IMG/VR virus record: IMGVR_UViG_3300035170_000083
Location: 1,736 to 65,735 of that record
DNA length: 64,000 nucleotides
Origin: a virus
Lineage: Duplodnaviria; Caudoviricetes
Strand: one strand, 5' to 3'
The notes beneath the pieces are model-generated. The model was not told the DNA's origin, made no database searches, and was given only the letters and a program-made list of their open reading frames with translations. The translations under genes and the position numbers were made by a program. Every line of letters starts with the position of its first letter. Within the stretch, counting starts at the first letter, position 1. Shown here in pieces: positions 1 to 9,677 of the stretch.

Positions 1-1323
1 CGGAAGGACGCCGCGGCGCTCCCCGGCACGTTCGAGGACCTGACGGCGATCTTCCAGCGCGCCATCCCCGGCGGCGCCCAGGCCGGCAAGTCGGCGAACC
101 AGATCGAAGCGATGGCGTCGAAGATGATGGCCGTCGGTATCTCCTTCGGCATGCCGGCGGACTTCATCGGCCGCGAGATGGCCGAGATGATGGAGGGGCG
201 CGCCAGCTCGCGCGTGGCGCTCTTCTCGAAGCTGCGGCAGTTCATGGGCCCCGACATGGACGCTTCGAAGTTCAACGCCCTGGGGGCGCCCGAGAAGTGG
301 GAGAAGATTTCGGCCGCGCTCGAGAAGTTCAACCCGATGATTCAGGAGTACGCGTCGACGTGGGACGCGATCGAATCGACGGCGGAGAGCTATCTCACCA
401 ACATCATCCGCGTGGGGTCCTCGAGCCTCTTCGGCACGCTCAAGGACGACTTGGCGGCCGTCAACGCCTGGTACGAGCGCAACGAGGAGACGATCTTGGC
501 AGTGTCGCGCCGGCTCTTCGACGACCTGGGCGGGGCCATCAAGTTCGTCGTCGAGATGGTCCAGGGCAGCGTCGAGACGGTGCTCGACTGGATGAAGGCC
601 TTCGGTCTCGCCAACGACGACGCCGACGCGGTCCAGACGCTGGTGCGAGCGATGGAGGTCGCCGGCACGGTCATGGGGGTCATCATCGGCCTGACCGTCG
701 CGTGGCGGACCGCGCAGATGGCGCTGAACTTCGCGTTCCTCGCGAACCCCATCGGCCTGGTGGTGGTCGCGGTGACGGCGCTCGCCGCCGGCGTGCTGAT
801 GCTCATTTCGTACTGGGACGACCTGATGGACTCGATGACGCAGGCGATCGACTCGCCGATTATGCGCAGCCTGATGCGCAAGGCGGGATTCATCCCCGAG
901 GGCGCCACCGACGAGGACATCAACGATGCGATGGGCGGCGCGCGGCGCGACAAGGAGCGGCGCCAGGCGGAGCTCAAAAAGGAGTTCGGCGACGACGGCG
1001 TGATGGCGCACATCAAGGGGATGCTGGAGCAGCACGGCCTCTACGCTGGGACGCCGGCGGTGTCGGGCGCGCACGAGTTCATGCCGGGAGCGCAGGGGTT
1101 CCTGACGCCCGACCAGAAGGCGCAGCAGGACGCCAAGAGCCTGCTCGACAAGGCCGGGAAGCCGGTCACCCAGCACGTGACCAACATCGGCGCCATCAAC
1201 ATGTACAACAACATCTACGACGCCGAGGACCCTGCGCGCGTCATCACGCGCCTGGCCGCGAAGGCGGTGCGCGACCAGATCTCGCACCCCAACCAGAGCC
1301 CGTCGGCGGGCGTCTTCGAGTAG
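1..1323 (+). CDS. Tape measure protein, C-terminal part (5' truncated)
   Basis: Ala-rich helical protein with the typical 'ALNFAFLANPIGLVVVAVTALAAG' segment; the frame is open from the window start and lies upstream of the baseplate genes. Confidence 0.85.
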   Translation, partial: RKDAAALPGTFEDLTAIFQRAIPGGAQAGKSANQIEAMASKMMAVGISFGMPADFIGREMAEMMEGRASSRVALFSKLRQFMGPDMDASKFNALGAPEKWEKISAALEKFNPMIQEYASTWDAIESTAESYLTNIIRVGSSSLFGTLKDDLAAVNAWYERNEETILAVSRRLFDDLGGAIKFVVEMVQGSVETVLDWMKAFGLANDDADAVQTLVRAMEVAGTVMGVIIGLTVAWRTAQMALNFAFLANPIGLVVVAVTALAAGVLMLISYWDDLMDSMTQAIDSPIMRSLMRKAGFIPEGATDEDINDAMGGARRDKERRQAELKKEFGDDGVMAHIKGMLEQHGLYAGTPAVSGAHEFMPGAQGFLTPDQKAQQDAKSLLDKAGKPVTQHVTNIGAINMYNNIYDAEDPARVITRLAAKAVRDQISHPNQSPSAGVFE

Positions 1324-1327
1324 CCCG

Positions 1328-2725
1328 ATGCTGACCTCCGCCTTCACCGCGAGCGGCCTGGAGCCGGTCGGGCATGTGCTGAATCCGCGGTCGTGGGTCG
1401 AGATTCTGACCAGCGTTGACGGGGACGACGTTTCTACCGGCATCCAGCCGTCGAAGATGAGCCTGCACCGCGGCTCGCACAACAAGGCCGACGAGGCCAA
1501 AATCACGGTCGATTCCACGGCGTTCGACTTCCCGGTGCGGCTCATCGGCGGAGCCGTCGTGTCGCTGTACTTTGGCCTGGTCGAGGAGGCGCACGACCTG
1601 GCCAAGAAGCGTGAGTACGAGCGCTTCTTCGGAGCCGTTGTCGACTACGGCCTCGACACCCAGGGGCGCATTTCTTCGCTCGAGGCGCAGGACCTTTCGT
1701 ATCTTCTGCGGAAGAAGACCTACCCCATCCGCAAAACCATCGTCACGGACGGCAACGGCCGGTCCTCCACCATCGACCCGACACCGCGCTACTCGGATAC
1801 GCTCGAGCAGGCCATCCTGCGGCTGCTCTCCATCATCCCTGAGTTCGCTGACCCGACGCTGCCGCCGCCGCTCACGCTGCGCAAGACGGACGCGCTCCAG
1901 GGCGCCGTGCTCGGCAGCGTGGTCAGCGGCCGAGCCAAATCCGGGACGGTTCCGCTGAAGCCTGACAGCACGGTCTGGGAGGGGATTGAGCACCTCTGCG
2001 GCCTCTTCGGCCACCACGTCAAGGTGGACCTGCGCGAGATTGTCGTCCGCACCGCCGAGGAGGTCTTCGCCGGCCGCACCTCGCGCTGCACCTTTATCTT
2101 CGGCGGCCCGAACGCGAACGCCAACGGACCGAAATTCAACAAGAAGCCCCAGGCCAACCGGAACGGCGTGCGCGTCATCGTGCACGACCCGGAACAGCGC
2201 AAGACGCTGACCGCCATCTACCCCGATGAGGCGACGCAGGCGGCCATCTCCAGGAAGCAGCCGCGGCACCAGCGGGCGAAGCCGACGCGCCAGCAGCACA
2301 GCAAGCCGAAGGCCTCTCCGCCGCCGCCGCCGCGCGACGTCTACGAGCTCGACCCCGGCCACTACACCCAGGCGGCGCTCGATGCCAAGGCGAAGGCCAT
2401 CTACCTCGAGCGGTCGCGCCAGGAGGCCGATGGGTCGGTTTCGACGCCCATCTGGACTGAGGAAATCTGCAACCTGATGAACGGGGACCTCATCACGGTG
2501 AAGGTCAACCGCGACATCCAGCAGCAGCTGGCGCTCATCGGAGACGATGGCGCCGCGGCGCAGTTTCTGCGCGAACGGATGGGCTACTCGCAGGCCGCGG
2601 CCGACGCCTTGGTTCGCGCGTCGCGCAAGCCCTCGCGCGACGACTGGTACGCGAAAGAAATCACGTTCGATCATCCCTCGGAATCGTTGGCCACGGTGCG
2701 GTTCATCAACCTGGTGGAGATCTAA
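1328..2725 (+). CDS. Baseplate hub protein (gp27/late-control-D-like)
   Basis: 465 aa, located between the tape measure and spike genes; beta-rich hub-like pattern. Confidence 0.6.
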   Translation: MLTSAFTASGLEPVGHVLNPRSWVEILTSVDGDDVSTGIQPSKMSLHRGSHNKADEAKITVDSTAFDFPVRLIGGAVVSLYFGLVEEAHDLAKKREYERFFGAVVDYGLDTQGRISSLEAQDLSYLLRKKTYPIRKTIVTDGNGRSSTIDPTPRYSDTLEQAILRLLSIIPEFADPTLPPPLTLRKTDALQGAVLGSVVSGRAKSGTVPLKPDSTVWEGIEHLCGLFGHHVKVDLREIVVRTAEEVFAGRTSRCTFIFGGPNANANGPKFNKKPQANRNGVRVIVHDPEQRKTLTAIYPDEATQAAISRKQPRHQRAKPTRQQHSKPKASPPPPPRDVYELDPGHYTQAALDAKAKAIYLERSRQEADGSVSTPIWTEEICNLMNGDLITVKVNRDIQQQLALIGDDGAAAQFLRERMGYSQAAADALVRASRKPSRDDWYAKEITFDHPSESLATVRFINLVEI

Positions 2726-3516
2726 TGCGCGTCAACGAATCCCTCGAAGCCGCCTTCCAGCAGCTCAAGGAAATGTTCTCGGGGGCTACCTCGCGCGCCG
2801 TCGCCGGCATCAGGGACCTGGGCGAAGTCCTGGTCGCCACCGTCGGCGATGACACCAGCGACACGCACGCCGTCCACGACCAGAAGCACGACATCTGGAC
2901 GCGGTTCACCGACGTGCTCACCGGCCTCAGCGACTTTGGTCGCCTGTACATCCCCGCCGGCATTCTCTTCCGGCTCACGCCCAAGGGCATGGGCGCACAT
3001 GTCATCCGCGGCCGCAAGATGCGCGGTCCGGGCGCTTCGCTCGTCATCCCCGATGGCGGCGACGGCGACGCGGCGGTGGTTCCGGGCTTCGACGACTCCG
3101 ACCTCGACGAGAACAACACTGGCATCCTGCTGCCCGAGGGATTCCACGTCGAGTCCCAGAATGATCGGGTGCGCATCGTCGCCAATTCGTCAGGAGCGAA
3201 CGGTGGCTCGAAGTCGGTGTTCGAGATGGCGCAGGATGGGTCGGCCACGATGCAGGCGAGCGGGGCGACGATTGCGATTGGGTCCGACGGAGCGGTCTCT
3301 GTGACATCGGCACCGGGGAAGGCGGTCAATGTCACGCCCGGTGCTGGCGGCGCGGTCATCCTCGACAACGGCACGCAGCCGGTGTCGCGCGTGAATGACC
3401 AGACCCAGGGTCACATGCACAGCTTTTCCCTCGTTGCGGGGCCCTACGGAGTCTCGGGAGCCATCATCAGCGCCCAGGACAAGATGCAGGACGGCAACCC
3501 CAACGTGCTGGCATAG
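2725..3516 (+). CDS. Baseplate spike protein (gpV/gp45-like)
   Basis: Beta-helix-like repeats with a C-terminal 'VSRVNDQTQGHMHSF' HxH tip motif; synteny. Confidence 0.7.
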   Translation: MRVNESLEAAFQQLKEMFSGATSRAVAGIRDLGEVLVATVGDDTSDTHAVHDQKHDIWTRFTDVLTGLSDFGRLYIPAGILFRLTPKGMGAHVIRGRKMRGPGASLVIPDGGDGDAAVVPGFDDSDLDENNTGILLPEGFHVESQNDRVRIVANSSGANGGSKSVFEMAQDGSATMQASGATIAIGSDGAVSVTSAPGKAVNVTPGAGGAVILDNGTQPVSRVNDQTQGHMHSFSLVAGPYGVSGAIISAQDKMQDGNPNVLA

Positions 3517-3519
3517 GCA

Positions 3520-4167
3520 ATGGCGAGCTACGGGTACAACGCGAAGTACCCGACGGCCGCCGACGTGCTCGCGCTCGCGCAGCTGCTGGCGCAGCGGCAG
3601 AACGACTCCGGCCTGACCGTCTTCGGCGCCGCAGGCGGAATCGTCGCCAACGGTAACCCGACCGTGGCCCCGAATGCGACGCCCTCGGACGACCCGCTCA
3701 CGCTGAAGCTGGCCTATATGCAGGGGATTGCTGACGCCATTTTGTGCGCGCTTGCCTTCCAGGCGTTCAACGAGGCCCAGGCGCTCGGCGCGACATCGAC
3801 CAGTTCGACAACGTTCGTCGACATCGGCAACGGCACCTCGACCGGGTTTTCGACGTTCACCTTCAACGCCCCGCTCGCGAAGACGTACGAGGTTCGCGTC
3901 GACGTCGGGCTCTTCAATAGCGTTCTCGTCGCGACCGACGGTGTCGGCATCCAGCTGGTCAACACCACGACGGGTGTTACCGCCCCCAATGCCACGTCGT
4001 TCTACTGGCCCAGCGCCGCAAACCAGCGATACGTGTTCAACCGCGTCTACCCGATGGCCATGCAGGCTGGGAACAATGTGCTGAAGCTGCAGTGGCGCGT
4101 TGGCAATCCCGGCTCGACGGTCAATGTCGACGCCGCCGCGCTCCGCGTCTACAGCGTCAGGGGATGA
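3520..4167 (+). CDS. Putative virion structural protein
   Basis: 215 aa, Thr/Gly-rich beta-sandwich-like C-terminus, inside the baseplate cluster. Confidence 0.5.
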   Translation: MASYGYNAKYPTAADVLALAQLLAQRQNDSGLTVFGAAGGIVANGNPTVAPNATPSDDPLTLKLAYMQGIADAILCALAFQAFNEAQALGATSTSSTTFVDIGNGTSTGFSTFTFNAPLAKTYEVRVDVGLFNSVLVATDGVGIQLVNTTTGVTAPNATSFYWPSAANQRYVFNRVYPMAMQAGNNVLKLQWRVGNPGSTVNVDAAALRVYSVRG

Positions 4168-4169
4168 TC

Positions 4170-5195
4170 ATGGCTGACGACACGTACCTGCCGTTCGTCA
4201 TCGAAGAGGCGACTGGCCAGAATCGCATCAAGGTCGTGCTCGACCAGCATGAGACCCCGTTCGGCGCGGCGCGGAAGATGGAAGCCTTCAGGCTCGGCGG
4301 CAAGAACGAGCGCCATCTGATTCGGCTCGATGGTCGGCAGACGCCGATCGTGCACACGCGCTTCACCGCGTGGAAACCCAACGTCATCAAGGGACACATC
4401 CGGGACGCCTTCTATGGCGAGGATGGCCGCGCGCAGCGCATCGTCGATAGCCTGCAGGCGGTGCTCGACAACCAGCGCATGGTGACGCTGACCTGCGGCC
4501 CGTACACCTGGACGGCCTTCCCCGAGGATTTCGACATCCCCGTCGAGGGCTTGCGCGACTTCCGGTACGAGCTGAAGTTCGACATCCTTTCGCGGCCCGG
4601 CTACACGCCGCCGCCGAAGGACGACGACGGCGTCCTGCCGTTTCCCTTCGACACGACCGCCGAGGTCCGCGAGATCTTGGCGGAGGACCGCGCCAACCTG
4701 CTCGCGCAGGAGATTCAGTTCGCGGTCTTTCTCGCCTGGTCGCAGAGCCTAGACGCCATTGATCAGGCGCTCGACGATACGCTCCAGGCGGCGCAGGCCT
4801 TCGAGGCAGCCCCGGCCAAGGCCGACGCGGAAGCGCGTTCGATGCAGACCAAGGCGCTGCAGACGCAGCAGCTGTGCTCCGACTTCGCCGATGATCTCGC
4901 CGCCGCCGACCCCGCTTCGTCGATGACGGACACCAGCGAAGATGCCATCGTTTCGTTCCAGCTGGCGCAGTTCAATCTCCTCTTGTCGCTCGAGGAATGC
5001 CGGACGCGCATGCGCTCGGTCAGCTACACGGCCAACCAGCGCATCAGGCAGACCACGCGGCTCTATGTGGTCGTCGCCGGGGACACACTGGAGTCGATCG
5101 CCGAGCGCCAGCTGGGCACGGCCGCGCGCGTCGGAGATCTGGGTCTGCGCCCGCAGGACCTGAAGGCTGGCAAGACGATTCGCATCCCCGCCTAG
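4170..5195 (+). CDS. LysM-domain tail tube initiator/baseplate protein
   Basis: C-terminal LysM motif 'YVVVAGDTLESIAERQLG...LKAGKTIRIP'. Confidence 0.75.
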   Translation: MADDTYLPFVIEEATGQNRIKVVLDQHETPFGAARKMEAFRLGGKNERHLIRLDGRQTPIVHTRFTAWKPNVIKGHIRDAFYGEDGRAQRIVDSLQAVLDNQRMVTLTCGPYTWTAFPEDFDIPVEGLRDFRYELKFDILSRPGYTPPPKDDDGVLPFPFDTTAEVREILAEDRANLLAQEIQFAVFLAWSQSLDAIDQALDDTLQAAQAFEAAPAKADAEARSMQTKALQTQQLCSDFADDLAAADPASSMTDTSEDAIVSFQLAQFNLLLSLEECRTRMRSVSYTANQRIRQTTRLYVVVAGDTLESIAERQLGTAARVGDLGLRPQDLKAGKTIRIPA

Positions 5196-5207
5196 TCGAG
5201 GTCACCC

Positions 5208-5873
5208 ATGCCGCTCTCGGTTGTGCAGGTCTACGCGCGCTCCGCGTGGCGTGCCCGCGCGGTATTCAGCGGAGGCAGCCCATCGGGCGTGCTCCCCGGC
5301 GATTTCACCATCACGCGGCAGGACGGGGGGCCCACGACCGCCGCGGTGGCATCGGTGATGGTCATCGACGGCACTGCGCTCGAGCTTCGGCTCTCGGAGC
5401 AGCTGCTCGCCAAGATCGTGTACCTGCTGACCTGGAGCGCCACCTCGTTCCCGTTCAGCTTCATCAGACCGATCGACCTCGACCGGGACATCAAGCCTCT
5501 GGGCGACGACCCCGACGCCGAGGCGAACGGCGTGGACCTGGCCTGGGTCTCGGGAGACCCGACCCCTGACGGGGACCTTCCGCGGCGGAGCGGGCTGGCC
5601 TGCGTCGAGCACGACCTGCCAAACGTAGCCGTTCTCGTCCCGGGGGAACTCGTGCAGGCGCCGGCCAGGGGCGGCAACTTCAATGCCCTCGTCAACAGCT
5701 CCTCGAGCGATGCCGACATCCGGCGGGCAGGTGCCCTCCTTGAGGCCGAATTCCGCCGCGACGATCGCGTCGAGGACTCCGAAGTCGACGTGACGACGAC
5801 CTCGAACAGCGGGACCTTCGTCGGCCAGGTGCGGACGAGGGCAGGGCAGAGCGCACCGGTGAGGAGCACCTAG
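5208..5873 (+). CDS. Baseplate wedge/sheath initiator (gp25-like C-terminus)
   Basis: 'PGELVQAPARG...EFRRDDRVEDSEV' resembles gp25/W; immediately precedes baseplate J. Confidence 0.6.
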   Translation: MPLSVVQVYARSAWRARAVFSGGSPSGVLPGDFTITRQDGGPTTAAVASVMVIDGTALELRLSEQLLAKIVYLLTWSATSFPFSFIRPIDLDRDIKPLGDDPDAEANGVDLAWVSGDPTPDGDLPRRSGLACVEHDLPNVAVLVPGELVQAPARGGNFNALVNSSSSDADIRRAGALLEAEFRRDDRVEDSEVDVTTTSNSGTFVGQVRTRAGQSAPVRST

Positions 5874-5874
5874 C

Positions 5875-7065
5875 ATGGCTGACTTCCCGACGCCCCAGGA
5901 GACCGCCCAGTTCGTCGATGGTCTGCTGCGCAATGAGATCGACCCGACCGGAACCGGCGCCTACAACAACCAGGCGGGGTCGGACAATGCGAAGCTGATT
6001 TCGGTCCTGACGAAGGTCTCGACGAAGCAGTACGCGTATTCGGCCGACCGGAAGAAGGCATCGATTACCGCGTCTGCCGAGGGCGTGGACCTCGAAGACC
6101 ACATCCGCGACGTCTACTTCGACCAGAAGAAGGAAGAAAACGAGGCCGTGGGCACGGTCTACCTGCAGCGCTCGGGGGCCATGCCGGCTACCTCCATCCA
6201 GGTCGGCTCGCGCTTCGGCACCAAGAAGACCGACTCGCAGAACGCGGTCCCATTCGAGGCGACGGCCACCATCCCCGCCGGCTCCGGCGTCTCCAAGGTG
6301 GCGGTGCCGGTGAAGTGCCAAGTCGACGGCGTCGTGGGCAACGTCGACCTGGACGCCATCACGGAGAAGATGGACCCGCTGGACGACCCTGCCTGGACGC
6401 TCTACGTGCCCATCGCCGGGGACCCGGTTCTCGGCGGCGCTCCCGCGCCGGATTCGATTGGCGGCGGCGCGGAGCAGGAAACGGACGACGAGGTCAAGAC
6501 GCGCGTCCTCCGTCGTCCTGCGAGGGTGAGTCCCGGCACCGCAGCCGGAGTCTACAAGGGCGCGACGGACGTGGGTGGCATAGCCTCGGCCGTCCCGGTG
6601 GAAGTGGGCGACGGCACCGGGGTCGTGTTCTGTGGCGACATCAACGACCAGCTGCCGAGCGCGATCCAGTCGCAGGTCAGCGTCAACCTCGACGACTGGC
6701 GGCCGTTCGGCGTGCCCGTCAACGTGCGGGGCTACAGCCGCGTTCGGGTGTCGGTGGCGCTGCGCATCTTCATGCAGAAGCCTCTTAAAGACTTCAACAA
6801 AAACACACTGCTGGCGAACGCCGTGGCGGCGGTGAAGCGGTACTTCCTCGTCGAGAGACTGCACCTCGACGAGTACTTCGTCGACGCCATCAAGACCTCG
6901 GCGGCCAAGTCGAACGCGCAGACGCAGTCGGTGATTGCCGACTCCCCAATGCAGGACGTGCGCCGCTCGACCGACGCGGCCTACGGCGCGGCGACGCAGA
7001 TGACTCGCTACTACGTCGACGACACCAGCATTTCCATCCAGTTCTTCGACCCACTAACGAGCTGA
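5875..7065 (+). CDS. Baseplate J-like protein
   Basis: Characteristic motifs 'ASAEGVDLE', 'VPVKCQVDGVVGN' and 'GGAEQETDDEVKTRV...GT'. Confidence 0.9.
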   Translation: MADFPTPQETAQFVDGLLRNEIDPTGTGAYNNQAGSDNAKLISVLTKVSTKQYAYSADRKKASITASAEGVDLEDHIRDVYFDQKKEENEAVGTVYLQRSGAMPATSIQVGSRFGTKKTDSQNAVPFEATATIPAGSGVSKVAVPVKCQVDGVVGNVDLDAITEKMDPLDDPAWTLYVPIAGDPVLGGAPAPDSIGGGAEQETDDEVKTRVLRRPARVSPGTAAGVYKGATDVGGIASAVPVEVGDGTGVVFCGDINDQLPSAIQSQVSVNLDDWRPFGVPVNVRGYSRVRVSVALRIFMQKPLKDFNKNTLLANAVAAVKRYFLVERLHLDEYFVDAIKTSAAKSNAQTQSVIADSPMQDVRRSTDAAYGAATQMTRYYVDDTSISIQFFDPLTS

Positions 7066-7072
7066 GGGGACG

Positions 7073-7618
7073 ATGGCCTACCCTGACAACGTCTTCGAAA
7101 GCGATCAGCTCGAAGAGGACCAGTACGGCGGGGCTGACCCCGACATCTTCGACAACCAGGCGTGGACGTGGATTACGGGCCTCATCCGCTCGGTCTCGAA
7201 GCGGTTCCTCAGCCACGTCCGCGTGTCGTGGGACCAGATCGTCGTCACCGTGCAGGAGGGCGTCGCCATCGGCGACGTGCTCGCGGTGGACCTCTCGCAG
7301 GACGCGCTCGACCCCACAACGCAGGCGGTCCTCCACTACGTCAAGAAATACTCGACCATCGTGGGGGCGGGCGGGACGCCGAAGATCATCGGGGTCTGCG
7401 TAGCCGCGGCCAGCGCCCTTGGGCGCACGGCGGTGGCGACCGGCGGTCTACTTCCGCAGTCGATCTCCGGCATCACCTCGATCGGCGCGGCTTCACTGGT
7501 GGCTGCTGACGCCACCACGAGCAGGCTGCGCCTCGCGACGAACAGCGACGACACCATGGGCTACTCGAGCCCGCAGGGGAGCGTGCTCCTCGAGTTCATC
7601 GGCCGCGTGTCGGTGTAG
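7073..7618 (+). CDS. Hypothetical structural protein
   Basis: RBS GAGGGG; 181 aa in the tail cluster. Confidence 0.55.
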   Translation: MAYPDNVFESDQLEEDQYGGADPDIFDNQAWTWITGLIRSVSKRFLSHVRVSWDQIVVTVQEGVAIGDVLAVDLSQDALDPTTQAVLHYVKKYSTIVGAGGTPKIIGVCVAAASALGRTAVATGGLLPQSISGITSIGAASLVAADATTSRLRLATNSDDTMGYSSPQGSVLLEFIGRVSV

Positions 7619-7621
7619 GCC

Positions 7622-8440
7622 ATGCGCCTGTCCCTGGGAGCGCTGGACCTGTCCGACGGGCAGCGGTACTGCCTCGACGGCAGCGAGATTCCGTTCCCCG
7701 ACCTCGACTCAATGTTGGCGCTCCTGCCGGGATACGCGCAGGGAGAGGACGCCGGCGCCTATCGCGACATCGTCCTGCGGGTGCTGCGGCGCCTCGCCAA
7801 CAAGGTCTGGGCGGACACCGGCTCCGAGCAAAATGCCTTCGTCTCGCCGCGCTACGCGTCGGGCGGGCTCCTCGACGTCTGGGGCATCGCCCTCCAGGTG
7901 CCGCGCCTCCTCAACGAGCGGGACGGCTCCTATCGGACCCGGCTGCTGACGGCCTTCGTCGGCATCACCCCGAACGCCATCAAGTCGGTGGTCCTCGGAA
8001 TCGCCGCCGACTTCAACAACACGAAGGTCGCCTTCCAGGAGCCGGCCAACGACTGCATCTTCGCCGCCGGCGACGACCCGAACGCCCAAGCCTGGTGGGG
8101 CTACGCCCAGCCGGACAACCAGCTGCTCTGGAGCTCCGACCCTGGCAACCGCAACGGCACGCCGGGCGTCTTCGCAGCACCGGAAACCGTCGCCGCCTTC
8201 TACATCATCATCCAGCTCGGGGCCGGCGGCGACGGCGTGACGCCGTTCGCCCTGGACGACAACGACGTGACGACGACCGACGCAAACTGCTTCCTGTCGG
8301 ATGGCACCGTCGATTGGGGCTTCGCCGGGTTCGACGGCGACCCCTTCGAGTCGCGGCTTGTGGCCGAGGTCAACGCTCGCAAGGCCTTTGGCGTGGCCTG
8401 GGCGCTCATCGAATCCCCCTACTTGAACGGAGCACTCTGA
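7622..8440 (+). CDS. Baseplate wedge protein (tail protein I-like)
   Basis: 'GLLDVWGIALQVPRLLNERDGSYRTRL...ITPNAI' and C-terminal 'VNARKAFGV'. Confidence 0.75.
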   Translation: MRLSLGALDLSDGQRYCLDGSEIPFPDLDSMLALLPGYAQGEDAGAYRDIVLRVLRRLANKVWADTGSEQNAFVSPRYASGGLLDVWGIALQVPRLLNERDGSYRTRLLTAFVGITPNAIKSVVLGIAADFNNTKVAFQEPANDCIFAAGDDPNAQAWWGYAQPDNQLLWSSDPGNRNGTPGVFAAPETVAAFYIIIQLGAGGDGVTPFALDDNDVTTTDANCFLSDGTVDWGFAGFDGDPFESRLVAEVNARKAFGVAWALIESPYLNGAL

Positions 8441-8442
8441 GC

Positions 8443-9585
8443 ATGAGCGCGAAAAAGGAAGTTTGGTCCGTCGGCGAGGCCGTTCGAAAGTCGTCCCTGG
8501 ACCGCATGTCCGTTGGGGCTGCGACCGCCGACGACCGGGGGCTCGAGGTCGTGTTCTCGCCGGGCGCGGCCCTGAAGGCCGTGCATCCGTTGTCCGAAGA
8601 GACCCTCTCGCTGAACCCTCGGCTGCTCATCGCCGGCAAGGACACCGACGGCACGCTGGCCAACGCCAAGGTGCGCGTCCGGCCGGCCTGGTTCAAGGCT
8701 GGCTCGGACGCGTTCACCATCGCGCTCTCCGCGCGTCTCAAGGCGAATGCCGACTCTCCGACCATCGGCAACAACTCGTCGGGGTCCACGCGCACCGACC
8801 TGGTCTACGCGCAGATCAACTACGCCACGAGCCTATCCGAGACCGTGCGCCAGAAGCAGCTCTCCGGTGGTGACCCCGTCTCGAGTCTCCTCGTCACCCA
8901 GGTCGACATGGCGGTCACCATCGGCGTGGTCGCGGGTGTCGCAGCCGGCAACCCGCTGGCGTCGCTCCCCGCCGACGACACCGTCAACGGCGTCTACTAC
9001 TTCGGCCTGGCGGCGCTCTCCATCGCCAACGGCTACGCCGGCGGCGCCATCAACCAGTCGAGCATCACCCAGCTCTGGACGGGCGGCTGGCTCCAGCAGC
9101 AGCGCGTGCAAGGCCAGTTCCCCGGCAGCATCTCCGCTGGCGCCGCCGGAGAGCGCTCCGGTGATTCGTTCTCGTCGCGGTGGGGCGCGAGCCGTCGATT
9201 CCTGATTCCCTTCAAGATGCTGGCGGCGACGACCAACAACATGTCACCGGGCGTCATCCTCGATAGCACCATCGACTGGCGCAATCGCTGGCTCGACATC
9301 GTCCTCTACTACATGGGTTCCGCCGGGGCTGGCGGCAACGTCTTCCCCCTTTCTGGTTCGACAGGGCAGTTCTCGCAGAACTCCGTCTCGTGGTCTTCGA
9401 TTACGGGCGGTGGTGGCGCGAACACGAGCAAGATCTACTCGGGCGCCGCGAACCTACTTCTCGGCGTCGATACATCGGGGAATCTGCAGTACTGCCGAGG
9501 CTCGAGCGGACCGATCGATGCCGCGAACGGCGATGCGCTGGTGTTGTCGATCCATGCCAGCGACAAGATCGTGACGACCTTCTAA
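8443..9585 (+). CDS. Tail fibre/baseplate-attached protein
   Basis: Follows the wedge gene; 'NNSSGSTRTDLVYA' fibre N-terminal motif; Ser/Gly-rich. Confidence 0.65.
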   Translation: MSAKKEVWSVGEAVRKSSLDRMSVGAATADDRGLEVVFSPGAALKAVHPLSEETLSLNPRLLIAGKDTDGTLANAKVRVRPAWFKAGSDAFTIALSARLKANADSPTIGNNSSGSTRTDLVYAQINYATSLSETVRQKQLSGGDPVSSLLVTQVDMAVTIGVVAGVAAGNPLASLPADDTVNGVYYFGLAALSIANGYAGGAINQSSITQLWTGGWLQQQRVQGQFPGSISAGAAGERSGDSFSSRWGASRRFLIPFKMLAATTNNMSPGVILDSTIDWRNRWLDIVLYYMGSAGAGGNVFPLSGSTGQFSQNSVSWSSITGGGGANTSKIYSGAANLLLGVDTSGNLQYCRGSSGPIDAANGDALVLSIHASDKIVTTF

Positions 9586-9677
9586 GGCCGCCCCCTCCCA
9601 GGTAGCGCCCGCGCCACGCGTCACTGCTTCCCGATCCTCATCGGGAATCGCGTCGCCTTCAACTCGCAGGAGCAAGC